Below, piece by piece: positions 25,501 through 37,500 of a DNA stretch of 64,000 nt. The notes beneath the pieces were generated by a model. That model made no database searches and was not told the origin of the DNA. It saw only the letters and a program-made list of their open reading frames with translations. Numbering within the stretch: position 1 is the first letter of the stretch; every line of letters begins with the position of its first letter. The stretch comes from Amphiscolops sp. MND2022 (taxonomy: Eukaryota), in the NCBI GenBank assembly GCA_964187785.1, contig OZ076413.1, positions 54,374,001 to 54,438,000 on the forward strand. The letters run 5' to 3'. A program made the position numbers and the translations under genes.

Positions 25501-28500
25501 TTAATAATCATGAATAACGGCAGTTATTAGATGATGTCGCAGGCTGCCGCCTGTGACGGTACTTTAATAACAACAACAGCGACAAGCCAGGAGACATTGC
25601 CCGGAACTTTCCCTACATTTTGAGCAAGTATATTTTGTATTTCAAAACTTACTTTTAGTAACAATATTTGCCCTCAAACCATTACATTTTCCAATACGTT
25701 GCAGTTTATATTAGTCTGTTAATATTACGATTTGGGATAGGCCAAATCAGTTTGCTGATGTATTTACTGTAGAATAGAATTAAAATGCAAGATTGATTTG
25801 ATGCAATAACAAACAACAAGCAAGTTAATCGCGAGAAGGAAACGTGCTCAAGTGCGGAAACGTCCTTTCTCGGCGACGTAACCTGCTGTGCATTGCCAGC
25901 CAATCATATCGTCCCTTTTGAATTATTGGCGCTTTTATTACATAATGGCCGAATAAGGCCTTTTGACTTAACACAGTGCGCGCTTGCTGGTACTTATGTC
26001 AAATGGCCGGTTCCGGCCAATTCATACATTATAGTATTTTGTTGTCTAATTAAGCAAGTAATTACTCGAAGCTAACTTTCCATAATTTGAAACTAAATTG
26101 AAGCATTTGTAACGCTTTAATGTCTGTACAATTTTAACCTAAAAAGGTGGACAATTAAGGCCATCTTACCATGTCTTTTTGAAAGTTGTGTATTTTATGA
26201 TTTTGAGCCTATTCCGACACTAACATGAAAGTGCGTTCTCATATATATTTGGATTGTATTGAAGCAATATACACGTGATGATGCATTCCATTTTCAATGA
26301 CATGTGTCGGCACGTGCCTTTACCACACTCCGCTGTAAGGAATGTGAGCGGAGGCATTTGTTGACGCTTTGATATGATGCCTTAGTTGATAACTGATTTA
26401 ATGCTTCTGTCTTGATCAAATGACCTTTGAATGCCATTCCCTAAATGTCCCCTAATAATATGCAGTTGTCGGGACATTCTCTGTGAAGTAATAAATCACA
26501 TGATCCCATTTTTCTTGACTAGTTATGTAAGGAATGTAATTGTCACTCCCAAAAGGGTATAAATAGTGCTACCCCGTTGGGGAAATCATTAATTCCTTTC
26601 ACCTTGCTCTAGTTAAGTTTAATCTACAAACGGCACCGCTGTTATTTTCCGTATTGATCAATTCATTGTTAATCCGGAACTGTTTCCATGCCTACTACTA
26701 GAAAACAGAAAAAGGCAAGAAAGTCAAGAGGACTTGAAATGTTGTCAGATATTGAGAACATAGACATTATGTTAGGTGAAAATCACTCTAACGCAAGAGA
26801 GAGAGAGAAGGTAGTTTGAACAGTAACTTGCCCTGAAGATCTAGAAGCTTTGCGAGCAATGAATCTGAGAATGAATATGGAAGTATAGGTAGAAATCAGG
26901 GAAATAATCACTTCAGAACAAATACTGAATATGATCGAAATTCAGCTACAGCCAACTCTAGTGCTGAGATAAACAGGTTGTCAAGTGAATTGAATTCCCG
27001 CATTTCACGGGAAATGGACGAGATGATGAATTCTGTGAGTGTTCAGATACAAAGGGCCATAAGCGATGCAATAAGCACTCAAGTGCTCCCTCAGATCCAA
27101 AATGTTATGATGGCCGGATCGGGACGAGGGACCAGAAAAGGATGGGACGTTCCGTCCGAGAGACCGGAACAAAATTCCGAAGTTCAGCGAAACTTAAATG
27201 CAAAAAACAACTTAAGAAATGAACAAGATGGGAATCAGTCAGACAATGGTTTTCCTAGTTTAAATGTTCATGACATGGTGACAGGGGACAACGAATCTCC
27301 CAATCAGGTTCCTTAGTTTCTCACAGGACGTATCCCATCAAGAAGTCATCTCAATCAGTCCTATGAGGACATCAACCTTGACACGACGATCCCAGCGCAT
27401 GAGAGAATCGCTACAGCTGCCGATCCTGATCCCATTACTAGATTGGCCGACGTCTTGACTACGATGCAGAATAGACCAACGGCACAACAACGCACAATAC
27501 GACCAGTCAACTCCAATACCATGACGTTCGACGGCAAGAGTGAGAAAGTTGAGCTGTTTGAAGATCTCTTACACACTATGATCAAGATGCAGCCAGAAAT
27601 GACCGAGCAAATGAAAATTAATCATTTTCATTCATTGTTGAGGAAAAATGCTCTTCAAACGTTCAGAAATATCAATTCGACAAATCGACAAACCCTCAAA
27701 GACGTACTAGTCATTTTCCGACGAAAATACGTCAAACCTGAATCACAGGCAACCGCCAAACATAAATGGCACCGCCTGATCTTTGATCCCAAGACAATGA
27801 AACTGCCTGATTTCCTTGAAGAATTGAATCAAGGGGCAGAGAAAGCGTTTGGAGACCATGCGCAAAAAATAATTGACAGCTTGCTCTACGCAAAACTGCC
27901 ACCAAAACTGAAGCGGTCCGTCAACATGGCCAGATTAGAAAATGGCTCACACGATGAGATAGTTGCTCATTTGGAGAGAGAATTGGAGCTTAACGCCCTC
28001 GAGGAGTCAGACGACCTACCAATGGCCACAATGACCTCCTCATCTACAAAACCTAAAACTCTTCTGTCCACGGGCAAATAACCGATATCACTTGCAATTA
28101 TTGCAAGGAAAAGGGCCACATGGTCAACGATTGCGAAAAATTGAAAAAGAAAAAAGAGAAAGATGCCCAACAAGGCAAGTCGACTCAGAAGAAAACATAT
28201 CCGGAGTGTGGAACTTGTGGCAAAAAGAACCACCCGGAGGAAAGATGTTGGCAAGGTGCTGGTGCACATCTTAAACCCAAACGAACTAGGCCCGAGGACT
28301 CAACTGACAATAAGCCCAATTCAAAGGCTCAGAAACCTCAGACCAAACCGACGTCATCAAGCTCCCAATCTTATGATGAGATAGCTTCCAATATTCTAAT
28401 GATGAGTCAAAAAACTAACTTCGCCACGACTCCAATACAACGAACTAATATTAGTCCGCCAATACATCAGGTCGGACCCTCTAACTAAAACTTTCCACCA

Positions 28501-31500
28501 ATACAATCAGCAATTGATGGGCTATTTTCTGTTGTCTGGCAGCAGCAGATGGAAAAAGCCACCATCATCACCTACAACAACACCCATTTGTTCCAGAAAC
28601 CAATTCCTGTTTGGGACCCTGATTACACCACTACCTTTACAACCCGGTTCAGGCCCATTCCCCTGATCGATGATTACAATCCAACATACATCGATCCAGA
28701 CTACGGCAGAGATCCCTACTGGGACACCGAGCTTTACAACCAAGATTCACTGCAATTTCAATATGTCCTGGACGATATTGACCATTATAATAGAACAGTC
28801 CAGGAGAACCCTCCAATTACCCATAACAAGAAAACACGAGCACTAATCGAAAACTGGCAAATGAATGATGGTACAAACCATCCAGTGTTCCCAAACCCAT
28901 TGGGGACCGAGAATCCTGAAAACAGTGGCGAATCCACGCCACAATCATTATTAGATGAAAAACAATTCCAAAATGTACTCATCACCAGAGTCGGTGAACC
29001 AGACTGTATACCCCTGTCAACCAACATTAACCTCAAATGCAAGAAACGCATGCTTTATTTCCCAATGGACTTTGGGGAATTGACCATCGATGGATTAATA
29101 GACACTGGGGCACTGTCCAGTGCAATCCCTGAAATGGACCTCCGGAAAATCCGCCTCCTATCTCCACAATCTGTTATCCGAGAAGGTCCGCCTCCGAACT
29201 TCCAAATCATGGTCGCTAATGGGCAACTGGAAACTCTTAAGAGTACCATAGAGCTCAAATTCGAAGTTGGTGACATTGAGTTCCATGAAATCTTTATAGT
29301 AATGGAACATCTGACAGGACCAATCAATGGACTAATGTTCCTTCAAAGAAATCATACAGTGCTGGACATGAGAAAAAGGAATCCTGAACTTCCCGTTCTT
29401 TTCAAGGCAGCTCAAAACAGCTGATCACAAATACTCAAATGTCCTAGAACCAATTCTCAACCCTACTGAGATAACCATTCCACCAAACGATAGAGTCCTA
29501 ATCAGGACCAATTCCTTACTGTACCCTGAGAATGCGGTTACTGGGATTTTGCAACCGAGCGACCTTCTACATGAAGAAGACGACATCACATTTTGCCCAG
29601 CATTGGTCACTCTGAATGATGGCAATATAATGATACCAGTGAATAACTTCACATTCCACTCTTACAAACTCAAAAGGGGACTTCATATTGCCAATTTCTC
29701 AGTCATGACACCAGAACAGATGAAATATGTCAAACCGGTAGATCCGGCATCCACCTGGCATCTTTTACAAAATGACCAAGAGCAGGCAGCCCACTATGTC
29801 AGCAGCCTCATCAAGACAAACAGAAATCCTCAAAATTCTGAAAATTACTGGTTCCCAACTCCAGAAAATCCTGAAAACCCCGAGGAACACGCTCCAATAC
29901 AGAAACGAATCCTACGAGAATTACAGGCCTTACAGGACCTGGAGACGCTTGACCCCATCAAAGATGAAGAATCTCGCGCAAAATTCCTAGAAAACTTTGA
30001 TTGGAAAGATTCCACACTTACTCCTGAAGAGAAGGAGAAAATCGAGGAATTACTAGTGGAATTCCATGATATATTTGCACGACACAGATTTGACATAGGC
30101 ATGAATGAGGAATTCAAGGTGAAATTGACACCTAAGGACGATTCCCCAGCCTATAGCCAAAGCCTACCAGCCCCTATCAACCTGAAGGAAGACATCCTAG
30201 TCAAATTGGCCATGTTACACAAATATGGCATAATCACTACCCTACCATTCTCGAAATATGCGAGTCCAATATTCGCACAAAAGAAACCGAATGGAAAACT
30301 CAGACTCTTGGTTGACTTGAGAAAAATCAACAACCTCATATCCGATGACTATATAAACAATAATCACCCTGTCAGTACCTTAGTTGATGCCGCCCAACAC
30401 TTGGCGGGCAAGAAACTGTTCTGTAAATTAGATTGTTCGCAGGCATACCACTGCCTGCCGATGGCTGACCAACGATCGATTGAAATGTTGGCTTTCAACT
30501 TTGCCAGTCGCACATTTGCTCACAGACGTTTGGCACAAGGCCTTAGCCGGGCCCTCTCCGCATTTTCGAGCTTTATGAGGGAATATCTTGACAAAGTCAT
30601 TAAAGCGGATCAATGTGTCCAGTACGTGGACGATATCGGCATCGCAGCTAATGATGCTGACCACCTCATAACTAACCTGAGAGCAACCTTCAAATGCATT
30701 CAGGAAGCAGGCCTTAAATTAACAATGCATAAATGTCACTTTGGTGCAAAAGAAATTAATTTTCTTGGACGTACAATTACCCCACAAGGCGTCAAACCCC
30801 GGAAACAGAATGTACAAAACTTTCTTGAAAAAACCAAATTCCCAAAGTCGAAAAAGTTGGGATTCTTGAACTACTACAGAAATTATGTCCCAAGACTTTC
30901 AGAACGCCTTGCTCCATTCTATAAGATGCTGAAAAGTGACGAAAAGGTCCTAGTAACGAAAGATTTTTTCCAACAATTTGAGGAGATCAACAAAGCACTC
31001 GACAAATGTTGCGACTTGGCTTTACAGCAACCCATTCCGAACAAGCAAATCGCACTAATGACTGATGCAAGTTTTGGTGCAGCAGGATATGCGGTCTTAA
31101 TCGAAGATGACCCAAACTAGAAATTTACGTCACTCAGGAAATCGTATGCACCGGTCGCGTATGGATCAAAAACCTTCACCCCAGCACAGATCAAAATGTC
31201 AATCTATGCTAAAGAAATTCTTGCAATTTATTTTGCATTCAAAGAATTCGGACATGCCTTCTGGGGTGCGCCGAAACCGGTCATCATCCTTACGGACAAC
31301 AAAGCTGTCACGAGAGTTTTCCAAACGAAAATAATACCCCCAGCACTGTGGAAAGCATGTGACTATGTTATTCAGTTCAATTTTGTCATAGCGCACATCC
31401 CGGGGGCACAAAATACCGCTGCTGACTATTTGTCCCGATTGGAAGTAGATCCGAAGGACAATTTGGTGATGAAAATTCGCGAAGATGTACAAACACTACC

Positions 31501-34500
31501 AATCGAAATCAATGTCCAATCCGCAGGGGTGTCACAAGAAGAACAAATCTTCTACACCAATGACGACGATGAGACAGAAGAACAGTATTGGGCAAGAAAA
31601 GAAGCAATCAGGAAAAATACAGCAACTGATGAGCCCACTGTTACTATACAAACTCTGTCAACAAATCTGGTCAAGCAACACCCCGATATACAAGTCCGGC
31701 TGAGGAAGACGAACCAGATCATTATCGAGCAATCCAAAGATGCGGTACTACAACAATTGAAAGCAAAACTGCTTCATGAGTATTCAGAAAATCTACTGCA
31801 CCAGGATGCCCGATACAGTCATTACGCAAACAATCTGGAACGAATTATACTTAAGGACGAAATCCTGACAAGGCAATACTTTGATGAAACAGGGAATGTT
31901 AAATACCATCAAATTCTGCTCCCGCAACATTTACTCCAGGAATTGCTTCAGTCTCTTCACGGGACAGCGCATAAACATCCTGGCATTTCAAAAATGTTGC
32001 AGGAAATCCGACAAAGGTATTACTACCCTAGCATGGCCAAACACGTCAAAAAATGGGTAGAGGGGTGTGAGGAATGCGCAAGAGACAAGCGAGTCCCCAA
32101 CGCAACAATTACGCCTGAATTACTCAACTTGCCCGAATGGGACCTTGGACCTGAAGAGGCCATGCAAATCGACCTATTGCCGAATCTTCCCCCAAGTGGT
32201 GGGTATGAAAACGTCTTAACAGCAATCGATGTATTGTCCAGATATTTGTTCGCCTATCCCCTTACGGACGCATCAGCAATCAATGTAGCAAAAGCGATCA
32301 TTGACATCATGACCAAACACGCATATCTGCCAACGACTCTTATTACTGACAAGGATACTGCATTCACTTCTACAATTATTGCGGAGGTTACGCAAATTTT
32401 GGGCATAACACTCAAATGTGCAACAACAAAACACCCACAGTCAATTGGGAAATGGGAGCGAACTCATGCCTCATTGAAAACAAATCTCAAAATGGCATGT
32501 GGGGAATACCGCCGACAATGGCACAAGTACTTGCCATTAGCAGTACTCAATCACAATACCAGTTATCATGCCAGTATAGGTTGTGAACCGACGAGAGTAT
32601 TCAATGGAAGAATTCCGTACAACATCTTGGATCACAAGCTTGGAAACAATCCAAACGAGCAGATCAATCCCACAACCGAATTCGCTGAAGAAATACAAAA
32701 CCGGACAAAAATCCTGATTGACAAAACAAAGCAGAACATTATGCAGTCGTATATCAAGTACAAAGAATATTACTACCGCAAAGCAAAAGCTGCTCCATTA
32801 AAGGAAAATGATTACTGTTTCGTCTTACAGCCGAAGACGGATCATCAAGGATCAAAAATCCCATTCCGCAATTATCGTTGGGTTGGACCATTTGTAGTCC
32901 AAAAAGTCCTGCCTAATGAAAATTATATCGTACGACGGATTAATACAAACAAAACTCAAATATTGCACCGAATTCGCCTTAAAAAGTTTGTCCCTAACCA
33001 ACCGCTTGAGGACAATTTCCGAGAACAGCGGTTACAGCCTGATGAAAAGATCGTCATTCCGCAAAAAGACTTATATATCATAACGTGGGAAACAGATTTT
33101 GGCGAGCAGCTAATTACACGAGGACACAATCCTATTCCGACTGGCATGCCGAACGGCGAACGGCCGAATGCGGCAGAACCGAGTCACAGTGACGTAGACG
33201 AGAACGAAGCGGATTACATAATCACGCGAGAAGAATTAAACAACGACAATGCAACGCACAGCCAGAACGATCGCTTAAGTGATGACGTCACTAAAAGAAA
33301 TGGAACTACTACAGTGGCAGAAAATGAAGAATCTGATTGGCCGAATCCGGCCGTTTCCCCAAAAAACCAAGAAAAATCCTTGCCGAATACGGCAGATAGA
33401 CCGGAAAACGATGAAAATTTTTCAGAAAGAAACTTGACGAATGAAAACGATACACAAAATTCTCCAAACAGGGGGGATGATATTATCGTGCCCGAAATAT
33501 CTGAAAACGATGCTAGAAATGAAAGTCTGAGCCCTAGAGGAGGGAGGTATAATCTCAGGCCTAACCCTAACCCAAACTACTCAGAAGACTTCAGATACTA
33601 GAAAAGACTGAATTCAGATCAGGAAACAAGCCCTGAATCTTCTACTTTTCTTTTATCTTTTATCATGTCTTTTTTTCCCTCTCTCAGTCCCATGCGAGAA
33701 AATATTTTGAATGAATAATGGGACGTATGAAAGATCCCTTACAAAGAAAATAATACGGGATCAAGAAATCAAAGGAAAGAAATGCATATAAATGATGGCA
33801 ACAAAACAGAAAATCAACAGAGTTTACAGTTTTGAAAGTACATACATACATATGTACATTTAATGTTTAGCAGCACTGGAACTTTGTGTACTAGCGACAG
33901 ATGAAGATCTCGACCGAGAAGATTTTCGGACGAGTTCCTGACGTTTAGAACAAGAGGGCACCTTTAAGGCAGCCTCATCAACCACGGAACTTTCTTCATC
34001 ACTTATCTTCTGGCCGGAACTTCCTGCAGACTCAGATTGGATTGCGCGATAAGTGGACAGAAAGGACTTGTAGATTTTTGACCGTCCAAACTGGTCAACA
34101 CTTTCCCAACGATCGAACGTGGGAGAGAATGCAGACTGACCGAAGGAAGCTGATAGCTGCGTGAAACGGATAAGATTAGCTTCATCCACACAGAGATGCA
34201 CCGACCCTGGGACATTGGACAGATAACTCTGCCCTGGCAAAATGACGTCGGTAAAACGTCCCTGATGACCCGAAGTACTGATTCCGCCCATCTTCACAGC
34301 TGGATACGTCGGGCTAACGGTCGTAATGCACAAACAACACAACTTGAATAAGTAGAAAAGGTGTTCCTGTGACTGCAAAAATTCGAGATTCATCATGAAA
34401 TCGATCAAATCCTGAGCAGCATCAGTAACTTCGAAATCAGCCGAATAATTGGCACGAAGATAATCCAAAAGGGCAATATACTGGTCTCGACAAGTAGGCT

Positions 34501-37500
34501 CATTAGCAGCAAGGACCCAGGAACGGCGCCGGAATGTGCTGTAAAGGATGTCGAAATCGCGGAGGCACATCTCAGTTGGCCGCTTGAACAGTAAGTTTGG
34601 ATCAAAAACTTCCAGTCCTTTGATGATGTAGGAACTGAGTCCAGTTTGTTTCAATACCGCACCAATCAAATACTGGATGTATTTGAGCACATCCTGGGTG
34701 AACTCGCTCTTGATGGTACTAGCAGTCTTTTGAATTACGCTCCGGTCAACACGCTTTCCAGAGTGGACGCCTTCGGCCTTTTGCCTTGCAGCGGTACCGA
34801 CTTTGTTAGTCATCTGGTGTCGGATGAGAAAATCTTCTTCTGTCTGGAAAGTTCCCTCGCTGGTCTGAAAGCTCAGAAGGGGTAACCAGGCACTCTCTAG
34901 TGGAACAGTGTCAGCGGTATAACACCGGAAACGCAGTCGGTGGATGAATCGCGAAACCTCCCCGCACAAGAAGAAAGTGGCATCGCGTCTGTGTTGCCCG
35001 TTCACTAGGAAACTGGAATTATCTGCAAACAGTAAATCCCTAAATTTGATCCTATAAAAGAAGGACATCCCTAAACCGGCTATGGGATACTAACAATCGC
35101 TGACTATCCGATAGAAGAGCTCCAGTTTGACCAGCATGAATTCGTCACATATCAGGGACCAATCGAAACTTTGGACCTAAATACAAACGGGTGGGTGGAG
35201 CTCGGAAATTTAAACAAGTGGCCCCTACTACCCTTGAATGAATCGTCTTTAACAAATTACCTACCCTAGTACGTGCTCCTTGTCCTTGTTTTGTCGGGGC
35301 ATGTAATGTGAGATAGGAGACAACGGCTTTCCACTCATCAATTAGCTTTTGACAAACTGCTGGAAGTGTTGGGCGATCAAGTTTGCAAGTAATCACGGCC
35401 TAAAATAAAACCAACAGTCTACCAATTTTTGGGCATACGGTCGAATACGATCTACCTTGTAACTACCCCTCCCACTTAACTAGTACGAACTACAATGGCT
35501 CCCCTAAGGGAAAGAATAAGGAAAGGAATATCGCGCTACAGTTACCTGGGTCAATGCAGAACTCCTTTGCATCCAATCCGCAGAGAGTGAGTTCCCAAGA
35601 GAGATCGTCAATGCCTTGAGAACAGAAAAGAAGTCTATATGACCGAACACGTTGTAGCTGGTTTTGTGCATCAGCTTTGAGAGGCTCAGTAGTTCGAACC
35701 GGAAGCAGCTTTGCACTCCACGAGCGAAATGAGGGGATTGGTCTAATGTTTGCAGCAACTCCACAGGCACTCCAGAGCAGGCTACAACGTCGGCCCTGGT
35801 TGAAACAACTGACAGCAATCTGGCCAGGGATCCTAGCTCACCACTGATCCCAGAGGCTGGAAGTCCACTCCGGCAAATGAGCACGCGACACAGACTTTGG
35901 CCTTTCCAGAAGCGGACCGTCAAGAACCGATTCAGGCCGTTGTCCTCATACTCTATGCCAAAGCACTGTTCTGCAGTCACTTGGTCAGTTATGTCGGCCA
36001 TGGAACAAGTGAAAATGTGTTGGAAGATTACCTGAAAAGGAGCAAACTCCTGAATAAAAGGTGCTCACGGGGAGTGCTGGATACTGTAGAATTGAAATGA
36101 AACTAACAGTAAGATGTTCTTCCACCCAGTCGAAATCTCAGAGGCTCGCCTGGTGGTCGGTAAAGGAACTGATCCGTGACCACAGGTTTCGTAGGAGGGA
36201 CAAGTCACCTTGGATCTGAATGAAGTCAGCTACTATGCACAGTTGCGTCTTGGCTCGGGATTCAGGGGTGATCATTGGGGTGGTTCGTCCTTTGATAAAA
36301 TCCTCATAGAAAGGGAAACGCTCTCCAATGTCAACTAACTCAGCGTGAATGAACTTTGGCAGTTCTTTAGCCAATTCGGACCTATTCAGGAGTTTGCCGT
36401 TGCGTCCTCGGACCCGATGTTGAGGTTTGTTGCTCACTGGATCCACACTCTTAAGGTGGGTATATCTCCACTTCTGATCCTTTCGTAGATGTTTCTCCGT
36501 GCGGTGGTGCCTGAGGATCTCCATGACACCTTTTGACTTGATGGAGATGTTGCGTTTACAAATGTGGCACCACACAATGTGGGGATTATGGAGTGGATCA
36601 GCGGGCCCCGAAATGAATGAACGGGTCCACCCTATCTTGGTAAAAAATTCCTCACGCATAGGGACCCCCCGCTGAATCCTTCGTCCCTTTGATTGGCCAT
36701 TTTCCCTTGAGGAAGCCTTTGAGATTGCTCTTCCAAAGTCTGGTCCCTAACTTCACGAAGAGTGGCATCTTGACTGCTGTACTCTGCTGATTCCGGATTT
36801 TGGAGAGGACTTGTTAATGGAGTAACCGGCTGTTGACTGGTTTGCTGAGACGTTATATTGGACTTTTGGAAAGTTGAGGCAATAAGGGCAAGCTGTCCAG
36901 CGCTATCACTGTCCTCAAATGTGGCACTTTCGTCGAAGTCCCTAAGTCAGACGAGTTAGTCTCAGTAGGCTTGGATTTGCTCATATCAGTTGATTCAGCA
37001 TCACTGCTATCACTCTCAACGACTCGGAATGGGGTAGAGGCTCGCGTCCTGGATCTGAAATGTTCAGTTCGGGAAGGAGCAGATGTTGGCATCCCTTTCA
37101 CTGCGTCAATAACCATGCGTCCCATGGTGGTATATGACATCCTCAGTGTTTCATCAGACATTATTCTCAGCAAGTGATACATTTGGGACTCTGAGAAAAC
37201 TACGGCTGGATGTCCATGGGGGAGATTGAAAGTCTTAGCCTCTGTGAAATATGACTTCAGCAATTAATCTCAGTATTGCTGAACCTCAGTAATTGCTGAA
37301 CCTCAGTATTAATCTGTCCAACCAAAGAAGTAGGGCAGGCAGGGGCCGGAGTAGGAGTGGTATCCAGGGCAACGCGGGATTCATCTACAGAGACTGATGT
37401 CGGGATTGACTCGCCGGGAATGTTGGAAGTGTTGTTGGACTGCATTTGGGATTCATCTTCTATCTGGTTCGCTAAACAAAAGGAGATGAAGTTTGGCGGT

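Noticed and set aside
27276-27290. Tf1-type self-priming
   Set aside because: No complement of the PBS was found just downstream of the TATA box; TGTCAC occurs only upstream of it.
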